A DNA stretch of 64,000 nt. Origin: an uncultured Lachnospiraceae bacterium (lineage in GTDB: Bacteria; Bacillota; Clostridia; Lachnospirales; Lachnospiraceae). The notes under the pieces were generated by a model. That model saw nothing but the letters and a program-made list of their open reading frames with translations. It ran no database searches and had not been told where the DNA came from. The position numbers were made by a program, and so were the translations under genes. Of this stretch, positions 39,243 to 49,939 are shown piece after piece. Position 1 is the first letter of the stretch; every line of letters begins with the position of its first letter. The DNA lies in the NCBI GenBank assembly GCA_910578845.1, contig CAJTSL010000012.1, forward strand, positions 15,144 to 79,143. The letters run 5' to 3'.

Positions 39243-40694
39243 ATGAGGATACAAGATATGACGGCGGTAGAGCTTGCCGTAGCAATCAAAGAAGGAAAGA
39301 CAACGGCAGTGGATGCGGTACGGGAGACGATTGCAAGAATCGAAGAGAAAGAAGAGCTGTACCATTGCTATGTGACGCTTGATAGAGAAGGCGCACTGGA
39401 ACGGGCTAAGGATGTGCAGGCGAAAATCGAGGCGGGTGAGATAAGCGCACCGCTCGCGGGCGTGCCGGTGGCAATCAAAGATAACATTTGTACGAAAGGG
39501 ATGCTGACGACTTGCGCTTCCAAAATCCTTGGGAACTTCGTGCCGGCTTATTCTGCGCAGGCGATCTGTAATTTGCTAAGAAATGGCGCTATCATCCTTG
39601 GGAAAACGAATATGGATGAGTTTGCAATGGGTTCTACGACAGAGACTTCCGCATTCGGCGTGACGAGGAACCCCTGGGATCCGGCGCGTGTGCCGGGTGG
39701 TTCTTCAGGAGGCTCCGCGGCGGCGGTAGCGGCAGGGGAATGCTATTATGCGCTCGGTTCCGATACCGGCGGCTCCATCAGGCAGCCTGCGTCTTTTTGC
39801 GGCGTCGTTGGCATGAAGCCTACTTATGGCACGGTATCAAGATATGGGCTGATTGCCTATGGCTCTTCTTTGGATCAGATTGGGCCGCTTACCAAAGACG
39901 TGGCAGACTGTGCGGCAGTATTAGAGAGCATCGCTTCCTATGATACAAAAGACTCCACTTCTATGCGGAGACAGGATACTGATTTCACGTCTGCATTGAT
40001 TGCGGATGTGAAAGGGCTGCGGATTGGCATTCCGGATGATTATTTCAAAGAGGGATTGGATGGGGAAGTAAAAGCTGCGGTACTGCAGGCAGCAAAAGCA
40101 TTAGAAGAAAAGGGAGCTATTGTGGAACATTTTGATTTAAGCCTGGTGGAATATGCTATCCCCACCTATTATACGATTGCGGCAGCCGAGGCCAGTTCTA
40201 ATTTAGAGCGTTTCGACGGCATTAAATATGGATACCGGGCGACAGATTATAAAGGGCTTCATCATATGTACAAAAAGTCACGTTCGGAAGGGTTTGGCGA
40301 AGAGGTGAAACGCCGTATTATGTTAGGTTCCTTCGTATTAAGCTCCGGTTACTATGATGCCTATTATTTAAAGGCATTGAAGGTAAAGGCGTTGATCAAA
40401 AAGGCGTTTAACGATGCTTTTATGAAGTATGATGTGATTTTAGGGCCGACAGCGCCGACGACGGCGCCGAAACTTGGGGAGAGCCTTGCTGATCCGCTTA
40501 AGATGTATCTGGGGGATATTTATACGATAGCCGTTAATTTAGCAGGACTGCCAGCGATCAGTGTTCCGTGTGGAATAGATAAAGCGGGGCTGCCGATTGG
40601 CTTACAGCTCATCGGAGATTGCTTCCAGGAGAAGAAGCTGCTTCAAACGGCATATACGTATGAGAAGGCCTGCCGGGAGGCGGCAATTATTTGA
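39243..40694 (+). CDS. gatA: Asp/Glu-tRNA amidotransferase subunit A
   Basis: Amidase signature GKTNMDEFAMGS, PGGSSGGSAAAV, LGSDTGGSIRQPA. Confidence 0.95.
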   Translation: MRIQDMTAVELAVAIKEGKTTAVDAVRETIARIEEKEELYHCYVTLDREGALERAKDVQAKIEAGEISAPLAGVPVAIKDNICTKGMLTTCASKILGNFVPAYSAQAICNLLRNGAIILGKTNMDEFAMGSTTETSAFGVTRNPWDPARVPGGSSGGSAAAVAAGECYYALGSDTGGSIRQPASFCGVVGMKPTYGTVSRYGLIAYGSSLDQIGPLTKDVADCAAVLESIASYDTKDSTSMRRQDTDFTSALIADVKGLRIGIPDDYFKEGLDGEVKAAVLQAAKALEEKGAIVEHFDLSLVEYAIPTYYTIAAAEASSNLERFDGIKYGYRATDYKGLHHMYKKSRSEGFGEEVKRRIMLGSFVLSSGYYDAYYLKALKVKALIKKAFNDAFMKYDVILGPTAPTTAPKLGESLADPLKMYLGDIYTIAVNLAGLPAISVPCGIDKAGLPIGLQLIGDCFQEKKLLQTAYTYEKACREAAII

Positions 40695-40758
40695 TAAAGC
40701 GCCTTTTGCAGTGCGGCTATTTGGCTCATTGCTTGCGGGAATCAAGAAAGGAATGATA

Positions 40759-42201
40759 ATGGCTATGATAAAAGAATACGAGACTGTCATTGGTTTGGAA
40801 GTGCATGTGGAGCTTGCTACGAAGACGAAGATTTTCTGCGGCTGCTCAACAGCATTTGGCGGTGCGCCCAATACGCATACATGCCCTGTCTGTACCGGGA
40901 TGCCGGGGACTCTTCCGGTATTGAACAAACAGGTGTTAGAATATGCCATTGCAGTCGGGTTAGCGACCGGATGTGACATTACAAGGTATGGGAAGTTTGA
41001 CAGGAAAAATTATTTTTATCCTGATAATCCGCAGAACTATCAGATTTCCCAACTCTATCTGCCGATTTGCAGAAATGGGGGCATAGAAATTGAGACACAA
41101 GAGGGTGGCAGGAAAACTGTGGGAATCCACGAGATCCATATGGAAGAAGACGCCGGGAAACTGATCCATGATGAGTGGGACGAATGCTCTCTGGTGGATT
41201 ATAACCGTTCGGGCGTGCCATTGATTGAAATCGTTTCCGAGCCGGATATGCGGGATGCGAAAGAAGTGATCGCATATCTGGAGAAGCTTCGCTTGCTCAT
41301 CCAGTATCTTGGGGCATCCGATTGTAAATTGCAGGAGGGTTCTATGCGCGCGGATGTGAACCTTTCCGTCAGGGAGGTTGGGCAAAAGGCTTTTGGCACT
41401 AGAACAGAAATGAAGAACCTTAATTCTTTCAAAGCGATCACAAGGGCGATAGAAGGAGAGAGGGAGCGTCAGATTGATCTGATCGAAGCGGGAGAGGCCA
41501 TCATTCAGGAGACAAGAAGGTGGGACGATGCCAAAGGGATATCTTATGCGATGCGCAGCAAAGAGGATGCGCAAGATTACCGCTATTTCCCCGATCCGGA
41601 TTTGGCGCCGATTGTGGTAAGCGATGAGATGCTTGCTAAAATCCGGGCAAAGCAACCGGAGTTTAGGACAGAGAAAATGGCGCGATACCGGGAAGAATAC
41701 GGGATTCCCGATTATGATATTGATATTATCACGAGTGCAAAGCGTATGGCGGATTTATTCGAGGAGACGGTCGCCATCTGCCATCAGCCCAAAAAAGTCT
41801 CAAACTGGCTCATGGGCGAGACGATGCGCCTTATGAAAGAGAAAGAGATAGATGCGCAGGATTTGCATTTTTCCCCACAGAACCTGGCGAAGCTCATTGC
41901 GCTTACGGATAGCAAGGCGATTAATGGCAATGTTGCAAAAGAAGTATTTGAGGTCATGTTTGATCAGGATATAGAGCCGGAACAGTATGTAGAAGAGCAT
42001 GGATTGAGAACAGTCAATGATGCGGGCGCGCTGAAAAAGGCAATTGAAGAAGTCATAGCAGGCAACCCGCAGTCGGTGGAAGACTATAAGAACGGCAAAG
42101 AGAAAGCGCTTGGTTTCTTAGTCGGGCAGACAATGAAAGCCATGAAAGGCAAAGCGGAGCCTGCTATGGTGAACCAGATCCTCAAAGAGTTTCTATCCTA
42201 A
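40759..42201 (+). CDS. gatB: Asp/Glu-tRNA amidotransferase subunit B
   Basis: VIGLEVHVEL, RKNYFYPD, HMEEDAGK, EIVSEPD, DYRYFPDPDL. Confidence 0.96.
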   Translation: MAMIKEYETVIGLEVHVELATKTKIFCGCSTAFGGAPNTHTCPVCTGMPGTLPVLNKQVLEYAIAVGLATGCDITRYGKFDRKNYFYPDNPQNYQISQLYLPICRNGGIEIETQEGGRKTVGIHEIHMEEDAGKLIHDEWDECSLVDYNRSGVPLIEIVSEPDMRDAKEVIAYLEKLRLLIQYLGASDCKLQEGSMRADVNLSVREVGQKAFGTRTEMKNLNSFKAITRAIEGERERQIDLIEAGEAIIQETRRWDDAKGISYAMRSKEDAQDYRYFPDPDLAPIVVSDEMLAKIRAKQPEFRTEKMARYREEYGIPDYDIDIITSAKRMADLFEETVAICHQPKKVSNWLMGETMRLMKEKEIDAQDLHFSPQNLAKLIALTDSKAINGNVAKEVFEVMFDQDIEPEQYVEEHGLRTVNDAGALKKAIEEVIAGNPQSVEDYKNGKEKALGFLVGQTMKAMKGKAEPAMVNQILKEFLS

Positions 42202-42251
42202 TATAGAATGCTGCTCCTTGTCAGATTGTCCCATAAGTGGCATGAATGAGC

Positions 42252-43043
42252 TTATTTAGTAAATTCTAAGAATTTGACAATGGCATCAATATGCTTGGAG
42301 GTTGCAGGGATGCCTAAGATTGCTTCCGACGGATATCCCTGATAAGTTGTCCCATTCTGAGCCAGATAATCATAGCAGCCGGTTTCTATGAGCTTATTCC
42401 CTTTGGGAAGACATATGCCTACGGGGACCGGCTGCTGCATGGTGGCAGGATCGCGGTGGTCGATGGTAAGCGCGGAAAGATCCGTTTCTTCGGAAGAGAG
42501 GCTGTCGTCAAGATCAAACGTGGCAGCATCCGTATAATATAATTGGTCTTTATATTTATCTAATACATCATGGGGCAGCACGGTTTCTAAGTTGAGAAAA
42601 TGCTCATTCTGAGCCTGGGGCTCGAAAGCGGCAGTATCCGCCACGATGACGTCTATTTCCCCGGCCTGTATCATAACGACCAGTTTCTCCATACTGGCCA
42701 TGGAATATTGGGAAAAGTCCGTAGTCGAATACGTAAAAGAAGGATCAATATAAGCGCGGTATTCTTCCGTATCAATCTCTGCATATTCCGCAAATTCGTT
42801 ACTGAATGCCTCACTGTCAATAAGAGCGGGGTTTGCATTCAAAAGGACAGCATAGAAAGCAAAGTCTTTGTTAGCACGGTATTGCTGGATGAAAAGCGCT
42901 GTCATGGCGATAAGGGCCAGGACAACAAATGTGTGTATTTTATAATAATCCCAGAAATAGGATAATTTGCCTTTTAGGCTCATATCCTTGGTCTTTCGTT
43001 GCTGCTCCCTGATTTCTCCGTATAGTGAGTTATGAGATGACAT
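42252..43043 (-). CDS. Conserved hypothetical membrane-anchored protein
   Basis: KGKLSYFWDYYK followed by one TM; AGEIDVIVAD resembles solute-binding folds; RBS AAGGAG. Confidence 0.7.
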   Translation of the reverse strand: MSSHNSLYGEIREQQRKTKDMSLKGKLSYFWDYYKIHTFVVLALIAMTALFIQQYRANKDFAFYAVLLNANPALIDSEAFSNEFAEYAEIDTEEYRAYIDPSFTYSTTDFSQYSMASMEKLVVMIQAGEIDVIVADTAAFEPQAQNEHFLNLETVLPHDVLDKYKDQLYYTDAATFDLDDSLSSEETDLSALTIDHRDPATMQQPVPVGICLPKGNKLIETGCYDYLAQNGTTYQGYPSEAILGIPATSKHIDAIVKFLEFTK

Positions 43044-43130
43044 AAGTTTTTCTCCTTCTGTATAGATGCTTATTATCTATTTCCTTTAATTTGTTTAATA
43101 TGTTCGCTATTACTATGTTCTATTTAAGTG

Positions 43131-43176
43131 CGTTCTCTGTTAGTACGTTCTCTGTTAGTACGTTCTCAATAGTACG
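43131..43176. repeat. 15-bp tandem repeat (about 3 units) in a divergent promoter region
   Basis: CGTTCTCTGTTAGTA x2 plus CGTTCTCAATAGTAC. Confidence 0.7.
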
Positions 43177-43325
43177 CTATTATCATACTTATTTAGGGAA
43201 ATGATGTCAATGAAGATGGGATATAATCTTTCTAAAAAAAGAATAAAGAATTCTTGCAACTTTTTTCAAATTGTTATATGATACTCTCATATATACAAAT
43301 GTGCAGTGCAGATGGAGGATAAAAT

Positions 43326-43820
43326 ATGGTAAGTGAAACTTATGTGGAATGTCTTGTCGCAAGGAAATCATCTTTTGTGATACGTTTGCTGAGAACGCTG
43401 CTCATTATGTTGACGGTTTGCTGCTTTATCGTAGGGCTTATGGATATCCGTTCGCTGATTGCCGCTATTGTATTGGGCGTGGCGTCTTACTTTGTCTATA
43501 TGAATGCGGATATTGAATATGAATATTTATATCTGGATAAGGAAATTAAAATTGATAAAGTGCTTGCTAAGAGCAAGAGGAAGAAAGTCGTTACCTATGA
43601 TATCGGGAGAATGGAGATTTTAGCGCCGGTGAAGTCTTATCACCTTGACGCTTTCAGGAACCGTGAGCTGAAGTCGGTAGACTATAGTTCCGGCACGGAC
43701 GAAGATGGGAAAAAGTACATGATGGTTTATGAGGGTAATCAGAAAGTGATCTGGGAGCCGAGCGCGGAAATGGTGAAGGCGATCCAGATGGTTGCGCCGC
43801 GTAAAGTATTCACCGATTAA
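43326..43820 (+). CDS. Conserved membrane protein (DUF6106-like)
   Basis: Two N-terminal TMs, IEYEYLYLDKEIKIDKVLAKSKRKK; RBS GGAGG. Confidence 0.7.
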   Translation: MVSETYVECLVARKSSFVIRLLRTLLIMLTVCCFIVGLMDIRSLIAAIVLGVASYFVYMNADIEYEYLYLDKEIKIDKVLAKSKRKKVVTYDIGRMEILAPVKSYHLDAFRNRELKSVDYSSGTDEDGKKYMMVYEGNQKVIWEPSAEMVKAIQMVAPRKVFTD

Positions 43821-43824
43821 CGGG

Positions 43825-43863
43825 AAAAGTATACTGTCAGTTTTAGGACTGGCAGTACTTTTA
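43825..43863 (+). terminator. Probable intrinsic terminator
   Basis: TACTGTCAGT-TTTAGG-ACTGGCAGTA followed by CTTTTT. Confidence 0.55.
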
Positions 43864-43915
43864 TATACAAATCTATTTATACAAACAATAATGATTACAA
43901 TTAGGAGGAGAGAAA

Positions 43916-45370
43916 ATGGGTCAGATTATTGGCGAAGGCATTACATTCGATGATGTGCTCCTTGTACCGAGCTATTCACAGGTGATTCCCAATCAGGTAG
44001 ACTTAACAACGTGGCTAACAAAGAAAATTAAACTGAATATTCCTATGATGAGCGCCGGCATGGACACGGTGACTGAACATAGGATGGCAATCGCAATGGC
44101 AAGGCAGGGCGGGATCGGTATCATCCATAAGAATATGTCGATTGAGGCACAGGCAGAAGAAGTTGATAAAGTAAAACGTTCTGAAAACGGTGTCATTACA
44201 GACCCCTTTTCTTTGACCCCGGAGCATACATTAGCCGATGCTGATTCCCTGATGGCAAAATTCAGGATCTCCGGCGTACCTATTACAGAAGGCAGAAAAC
44301 TTGTCGGCATCATTACCAATCGGGACTTGAAATTCGAAACGGATTTTACCAAGAAAATTAAAGAATCCATGACATCGGAAGGGTTGATTACAGCCAAAGA
44401 GGGCATCACGCTCGAAGAGGCAAAACAGATACTCGCAAAAGCAAGAAAAGAAAAATTGCCGATCGTAGACGATGATTATAATCTGACAGGCCTTATTACG
44501 ATCAAAGATATCGAGAAGACGATTAAATATCCTCTCTCAGCAAAGGACGAGCAGGGCAGGCTCTTATGCGGCGCCGGTGTTGGCATTACCGCCAATGTGC
44601 TTGACAGAGTCAGTGCTTTGATTGATGCCAAAGTAGACGTTATCGTATTGGACTCTGCACATGGGCATTCCGAAAATGTGCTCCACTGCGTGAGGATGAT
44701 CAAAGAAAAATACCCGGATGTGCAGGTTATCGCCGGCAATGTAGCTACCGGAGAAGGCACGAAGGCTTTGATCGAAGCCGGCGTGGACGCCGTAAAGGTT
44801 GGCATTGGGCCTGGCTCGATCTGTACGACCCGTGTTGTAGCCGGAATCGGCGTACCGCAGATCACGGCGATTATGAATGCATATGATGTTGCCAAGAATT
44901 ATGGCATCCCGATTATTGCGGACGGCGGCATCAAGTATTCAGGCGATATGACTAAAGCAATTGCGGCGGGCGGCAGCGTTTGCATGATGGGCAGTATTTT
45001 CGCAGGCTGCGATGAAAGCCCAGGTACATTTGAATTATATCAGGGAAGAAAATATAAAGTATACCGTGGCATGGGATCTATTGCGGCAATGGAGAACGGC
45101 AGTAAAGACCGCTATTTCCAGTCTGATGCCAGGAAACTGGTGCCCGAAGGCGTAGAAGGGCGTGTTGCCTATAAGGGAACCGTAGAAGATACCGTATTCC
45201 AGTTGATCGGCGGTATCCGTTCCGGTATGGGTTATTGTGGTACGAAGACAATAGAAGAATTAAAACAGAACGGAAAATTCATCAAAATTTCTGCGGCTGC
45301 CCTTAGAGAAAGCCATCCGCATGATATCCATATTACCAAAGAAGCACCCAACTACAGCGTGGAAGAATAG
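43916..45370 (+). CDS. guaB: IMP dehydrogenase
   Basis: [12 protein letters not shown] pair, [29 protein letters not shown]. Confidence 0.98.
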   Translation: MGQIIGEGITFDDVLLVPSYSQVIPNQVDLTTWLTKKIKLNIPMMSAGMDTVTEHRMAIAMARQGGIGIIHKNMSIEAQAEEVDKVKRSENGVITDPFSLTPEHTLADADSLMAKFRISGVPITEGRKLVGIITNRDLKFETDFTKKIKESMTSEGLITAKEGITLEEAKQILAKARKEKLPIVDDDYNLTGLITIKDIEKTIKYPLSAKDEQGRLLCGAGVGITANVLDRVSALIDAKVDVIVLDSAHGHSENVLHCVRMIKEKYPDVQVIAGNVATGEGTKALIEAGVDAVKVGIGPGSICTTRVVAGIGVPQITAIMNAYDVAKNYGIPIIADGGIKYSGDMTKAIAAGGSVCMMGSIFAGCDESPGTFELYQGRKYKVYRGMGSIAAMENGSKDRYFQSDARKLVPEGVEGRVAYKGTVEDTVFQLIGGIRSGMGYCGTKTIEELKQNGKFIKISAAALRESHPHDIHITKEAPNYSVEE

Positions 45371-45455
45371 CAAGCCAAGCGGGAACGGAATGTTCCCGCT
45401 TGTATCAGCATGCTTTCCGAATAGTAATGCAATTAGAATGGAGGAACCATCATAC

Positions 45456-46166
45456 ATGAAACAAACATCACTTGAAAAAGAGCTATCTACCAATACCTAC
45501 CCTGGCAGGGGAATTGTCCTTGGCAAATCCGCTGACGGAAGATATGCGGTTGCCGCCTATTTTATCATGGGCAGGAGTGAGAACAGCAGGAACCGTATTT
45601 TCGTTACGGATGGCGAAGGGATCAGGACACAGGCATTTGACCCTGATAAATTGCAGGATCCAAGCCTTGTCATTTATGCGCCGGTCAAAGTATTGGGCAA
45701 TAAGACGATTGTCACCAACGGAGACCAGACGGACACGATTTATGAGCTGATGGACAGACAGCAGACGTTTGAGCAGGCGCTTAGGACGAGGACATTTGAG
45801 CCGGATGCGCCTAATTATACGCCCAGGATTTCCGGGATCATGCACATCGAGAATGGCAGTTATAACTATGCAATGTCTATTTTAAAGAGCAGCAACGGTA
45901 ACCCGGAGGCTTGTAACCGTTATACTTTCGCATATGAGAATCCGCTGGCAGGAGAAGGACATTTTATCCATACGTATATCGGAGACGGCAACCCGTTGCC
46001 AAGCTTTGAAGGAGAGCCGGTTTTGGTTGGGATCGAGGGAAATATTGATACCTTTACACAGATGATATGGAATCATCTGAATGAAGAGAATAAAGTTTCT
46101 TTATTTGTCAGGTATATTGAGATTGCGAGCGGAATGTACGAGTCACGTATTGTCAATAAGCACTAA
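45456..46166 (+). CDS. Stand-alone IMP cyclohydrolase (PurO-like)
   Basis: YPGRGIVLG, YFIMGRSENSRNR, IVTNGDQTD, FEPDAPNYTPRISG; between guaB and the AICAR transformylase. Confidence 0.85.
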   Translation: MKQTSLEKELSTNTYPGRGIVLGKSADGRYAVAAYFIMGRSENSRNRIFVTDGEGIRTQAFDPDKLQDPSLVIYAPVKVLGNKTIVTNGDQTDTIYELMDRQQTFEQALRTRTFEPDAPNYTPRISGIMHIENGSYNYAMSILKSSNGNPEACNRYTFAYENPLAGEGHFIHTYIGDGNPLPSFEGEPVLVGIEGNIDTFTQMIWNHLNEENKVSLFVRYIEIASGMYESRIVNKH

Positions 46167-46271
46167 AGAAATGAAATAGGAATATTCATAGATAGATAAG
46201 CTTGTTCATTTTGCGGATATTGTGCCTTGCAGTTACCAATATCGCAGGCTGGGAAAGGAATGTAAGTGAAA

Positions 46272-47453
46272 ATGAAAGAATTGGAATTAAAATATGGTTG
46301 TAACCCGAATCAGAAGCCGTCCAGGATCTATATGGAAGATGGCAGCGAGCTGCCGATCAAAGTATTGAATGGCAAGCCAGGATATATTAATTTCCTGGAT
46401 GCGTTTAACGGATGGCAGCTAGTCAAAGAGTTAAAGGCAGCGACCGGGCTAGCGGCTGCCGCTTCTTTTAAACATGTATCTCCTGCGGGGGCAGCGGTTG
46501 GGCTGCCGCTTTCAGAAGTGGAGAAGAAGATTTATTGGGTGGATGACCTGGACATGGAATTCACGCCGCTTGCGAATGCCTATGCAAGGGCGCGCGGAGC
46601 GGATAGAATGTCTTCCTTCGGGGATTTCATTTCTCTGTCCGATGTATGTGATGTAGCGACAGCCAAAATCATCAAAAGAGAGGTTTCCGACGGCGTGATC
46701 GCGCCCGGTTATGAGCCGGAAGCATTAGAGATCTTACAGGCTAAGAAAAAGGGCAATTATAATGTCATCGAGATTGACGCATCTTATGTGCCCGCGCCAA
46801 TTGAGACCAAACAAGTATATGGCATCAGCTTTGAACAGGGCAGGAATGAGCTAAAGATTGATGACGGATTCTTTGCCGAAATCGTGACGGAAAACAAAGA
46901 ATTGCCTAAGCAGGCGCAGATTGACCTGGCAATTGCCATGATCACATTAAAATATACGCAGTCCAACTCCGTCTGCTATGTAAAAGGTGGGCAGGCAATC
47001 GGCATCGGCGCAGGACAGCAGTCCAGGATCCATTGTACAAGGCTTGCCGGGTCGAAAGCGGATAACTGGTTCCTTCGCCAGTCACCGAAAGTGTTAGGCC
47101 TACAGTTCATAGACGGGATTGGGCGTGCCGATAGGGACAATGCCATCGATCTATATATCGGCGAAGACGATATGGACGTTTTGGCGGACGGCGCATGGGA
47201 GAAAATTTTCAAAGTAAAGCCGGAGCGGTTTACGCGGGAAGAGAAACGCGCATGGTTAGACGGCATGAGTGACGTTGCGCTTGGCTCTGATGCCTTTTTC
47301 CCATTCGGGGACAATATTGAGCGCGCTTATAAGAGCGGCGTGAAATATGTGGCGCAGCCGGGCGGCTCCGTCAGGGATGATAATGTGATTGAGACTTGCG
47401 ATAAGTACGACATGGTAATGTGCTTTACGGGAATCCGCTTATTCCATCATTAA
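46272..47453 (+). CDS. purH: AICAR formyltransferase (PurH C-terminal domain only)
   Basis: [54 protein letters not shown]; lacks the N-terminal IMPCH domain. Confidence 0.88.
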   Translation: MKELELKYGCNPNQKPSRIYMEDGSELPIKVLNGKPGYINFLDAFNGWQLVKELKAATGLAAAASFKHVSPAGAAVGLPLSEVEKKIYWVDDLDMEFTPLANAYARARGADRMSSFGDFISLSDVCDVATAKIIKREVSDGVIAPGYEPEALEILQAKKKGNYNVIEIDASYVPAPIETKQVYGISFEQGRNELKIDDGFFAEIVTENKELPKQAQIDLAIAMITLKYTQSNSVCYVKGGQAIGIGAGQQSRIHCTRLAGSKADNWFLRQSPKVLGLQFIDGIGRADRDNAIDLYIGEDDMDVLADGAWEKIFKVKPERFTREEKRAWLDGMSDVALGSDAFFPFGDNIERAYKSGVKYVAQPGGSVRDDNVIETCDKYDMVMCFTGIRLFHH

Positions 47454-47516
47454 GCATTGGAGGCGGATGCACTGCATATGATTGCTGGTGCATAGGAAAT
47501 TGCATAAAAATCTGTC

Positions 47517-47555
47517 AAAGGGCATTTCACCTTTATGAGGTGGATGCCCTTTTTT
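47517..47555 (+). terminator. Intrinsic terminator after the purine genes
   Basis: AAAGGGCATTTCACC-TTTATGA-GGTGGATGCCCTTT-TT. Confidence 0.7.
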
Positions 47556-47616
47556 GGCGCAAATGAATCGCGGATTGTCATTGGCGTTCGTTTTGTTTGC
47601 TTTGATAGAATTAGGA

Positions 47617-47669
47617 TTGACAATTGTATGACGCGGTGTTATTCTTTAAGTACAACACCGTGTCATACA
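47617..47669 (+). promoter_or_regulatory. Sigma-A promoter with overlapping inverted-repeat operator (probable BlaI-family site)
   Basis: TTGACA (47617), 17 bp spacer, TGtTATTCT; TGTATGACGCGGTGTT (47625-47640) / AACACCGTGTCATACA (47654-47669), 15/16 inverted repeat. Confidence 0.7.
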
Positions 47670-47686
47670 TATAGGAGGGAATGCAT

Positions 47687-48070
47687 ATGGTACAACAAAT
47701 ATCAGACGCCGAACTTGAAATTATGAAAGTAGTCTGGGCAAATGGTGGGGAGCCGACATTTTTCGCCTATCTAACGGATGAGCTATCAGCCCGGGGGAAA
47801 CCGTGGCAGAAGAATACGCTCATTACGTTATTGAACCGGCTTGTGAACAAAGGATATTTGAAAGCGAAGAAAATGGGACGTTGCAATGAATATACGCCGC
47901 TTGTCTCGGAAACCGAATATCAGACGGCACAGACGAAGAACTTTTTAGATAAAATCTATGAAGGGAATGTAAAAGGCCTGGTTTCCAATCTGATCATGGG
48001 AGATTTGTTAGCGGAAGGGGAGTATGAGGAATTGCGGCAAATATTGGAGAAGGGGCGGGAGAAAGAATGA
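47687..48070 (+). CDS. BlaI/MecI/CopY family repressor
   Basis: ISDAELEIMKVVW, WQKNTLITLLNRLVNKGYL, YTPLVS; RBS AGGAGG. Confidence 0.9.
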   Translation: MVQQISDAELEIMKVVWANGGEPTFFAYLTDELSARGKPWQKNTLITLLNRLVNKGYLKAKKMGRCNEYTPLVSETEYQTAQTKNFLDKIYEGNVKGLVSNLIMGDLLAEGEYEELRQILEKGREKE

Positions 48071-49791
48071 ACGTAGCTATGAAAATAGTATTGTCAATGT
48101 CAGCGTCAGCGTCCTTGCTTATTCTGGCTTTGCTGACAGGAAAGCGTTTTTTGAAGGATAAGGTCAGCAGGCAATGGCAGTATTATATATGGTTGATTGT
48201 CATTGTGAGATTATTATTGCCTTTTGCACCAGAAATAAATGTCATGGACAGTGTCCGACAGACAGTGGAAAGAATACAGCATACGCCAGATAATGTCCCG
48301 GATCGTGTTCATTTTGGCGCGCCTGTTGTAAGCCAGGAGACAGATGATCAGAAAGAGGGGGCGTTTACGGAGACTACATTAGCAGATACGGCTTGTCAGG
48401 ATATTTTTTCCTTACTGAGAGAATATACTTGGTTCATTTGGCTGTTGATCGCGCTTGGCATGTTGATGCGAAAGATAACGGCTTACCAGAGTTTCATACG
48501 GTATGTCAATGCTGGCGCGACGGCTGTTGCCGATACCGGGATTCTAGACAGGCTTGCTGAGATGGAGAAGCAGGTGGGCGTGAAGAGGCCGATAGAGATT
48601 AGCGTTAATCCGTTGATAGCGTCCCCAATGCTAATTGGCATTAGGCATCCATGCATTGTGTTGCCAAGCGTGAATATCTCAGAGAAAGAATTTTATTATA
48701 TCATGCTACATGAACTGATGCATTATAAAAGATGGGACATATGGTATAAATGGCTGGTACAGTTTGCGCTCTGCCTGCATTGGTATAATCCTCTTGTATA
48801 TTTGATGAGCCGGGAGATTACCAAAGCATGTGAGTTTTCCTGCGATGAAGCAGTCCTGATAAAGGTAGGGCATGACAATGCCCCGGACTACGGAGAGGTT
48901 TTGTTAGACGCGATGGCAGCGATTGGGAAATATAAAGAAAAATTATGTATGCAGCCATTAAACGGGAATAAGCAATTATTGAAAGAAAGGCTAGGTGCGA
49001 TTATGCAATGGAAAGAAAGATCTAAAACGACAATGATTGTAACAGGTGCCTTGACACTTGGCATCTTCTTTGGAGCTGCTTTTCTGGGAGTATATCCGGT
49101 CACTGTGGCAGCGCATGAAGATATTACGGAAGGAAAAAGAAGCGATCCGGTAATGGAAAGCGAGGAGAAAGAGATTTCTGTAGAGATGGCGGAAAAATTT
49201 TACGAGGCAGATAGCATGTTGCTTTTTGCTGCTGCATTTTCTGATTTGGATGAGGAAGCGCAAGGAGAATGGCTTGATCGGATTTATGCGGATGGAGAAA
49301 TTGCTTTTCTTTCAGTGTGTATTGATGATCTGGAAACAGACGCTACAGAGATCCAAAGGCTTGCAAAGAAAGCCTATGCAGATGGCGAAACCGGATTTTT
49401 CTCTGTATTGGCTGACCACATGAGTGAGAAGACCTTGGAAAGATGGTTAGATAAAGCGCTTAAAGAGGAACAGATAGCGTTTCAGGCTGTGTTATATGAT
49501 AAACTGGAACGAAATGATGAATGGGATGATAGGAAAGCGGCGGTATCGGCGCAGCAATTGGAAGAATATAAGGCATATGGCATTGTCAGCGATGGAAAGA
49601 CTTATTATTATAAGGAACAGCTTGTCAATGTCTTCCTGGATGTCCACGAAGAAGGGAAGTTCTATACGCTCAATATGGATCCGCGCGGTATCGTCAACGT
49701 TAAAGTCTCGAGGACTGATGATGGTGAAATTGAAAGCGTGGGTTATATGACCGAGGCAGAAATAAGAGATCTTTTTGGTGAAGAGAATTAA
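48067..49791 (+). CDS. BlaR1-like M56 metallopeptidase sensor
   Basis: HELMHYKRWD, LHWYNPLVY, CEFSCDE, LKERL; ATGA overlap with the repressor gene. Confidence 0.88.
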   Translation: MNVAMKIVLSMSASASLLILALLTGKRFLKDKVSRQWQYYIWLIVIVRLLLPFAPEINVMDSVRQTVERIQHTPDNVPDRVHFGAPVVSQETDDQKEGAFTETTLADTACQDIFSLLREYTWFIWLLIALGMLMRKITAYQSFIRYVNAGATAVADTGILDRLAEMEKQVGVKRPIEISVNPLIASPMLIGIRHPCIVLPSVNISEKEFYYIMLHELMHYKRWDIWYKWLVQFALCLHWYNPLVYLMSREITKACEFSCDEAVLIKVGHDNAPDYGEVLLDAMAAIGKYKEKLCMQPLNGNKQLLKERLGAIMQWKERSKTTMIVTGALTLGIFFGAAFLGVYPVTVAAHEDITEGKRSDPVMESEEKEISVEMAEKFYEADSMLLFAAAFSDLDEEAQGEWLDRIYADGEIAFLSVCIDDLETDATEIQRLAKKAYADGETGFFSVLADHMSEKTLERWLDKALKEEQIAFQAVLYDKLERNDEWDDRKAAVSAQQLEEYKAYGIVSDGKTYYYKEQLVNVFLDVHEEGKFYTLNMDPRGIVNVKVSRTDDGEIESVGYMTEAEIRDLFGEEN

Positions 49792-49882
49792 TTTGATTAG
49801 CGGCTCCTCCCTTATTTGTTCATTTTGTCTAGACTCTGGCTATAGAGAGGTAGTTTCAAAATTGCTTTGGTTTTCTACACAG

Positions 49883-49928
49883 AGCAGGAGCAAACCTGAA
49901 TGAGAGAAACAGATTTGCTCCTGTTTTA
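49883..49928. terminator. Bidirectional terminator between convergent genes
   Basis: CAGGAGCAAACCTG ... CAGATTTGCTCCTG-TTTT. Confidence 0.55.
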
Positions 49929-49939
49929 TTGCCGGTAGA

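Noticed and set aside
43821..43915. Purine riboswitch before guaB, and ZMP/ZTP riboswitch before purH (46167-46270)
   Set aside because: Conserved aptamer cores are not visible in either intergenic region.
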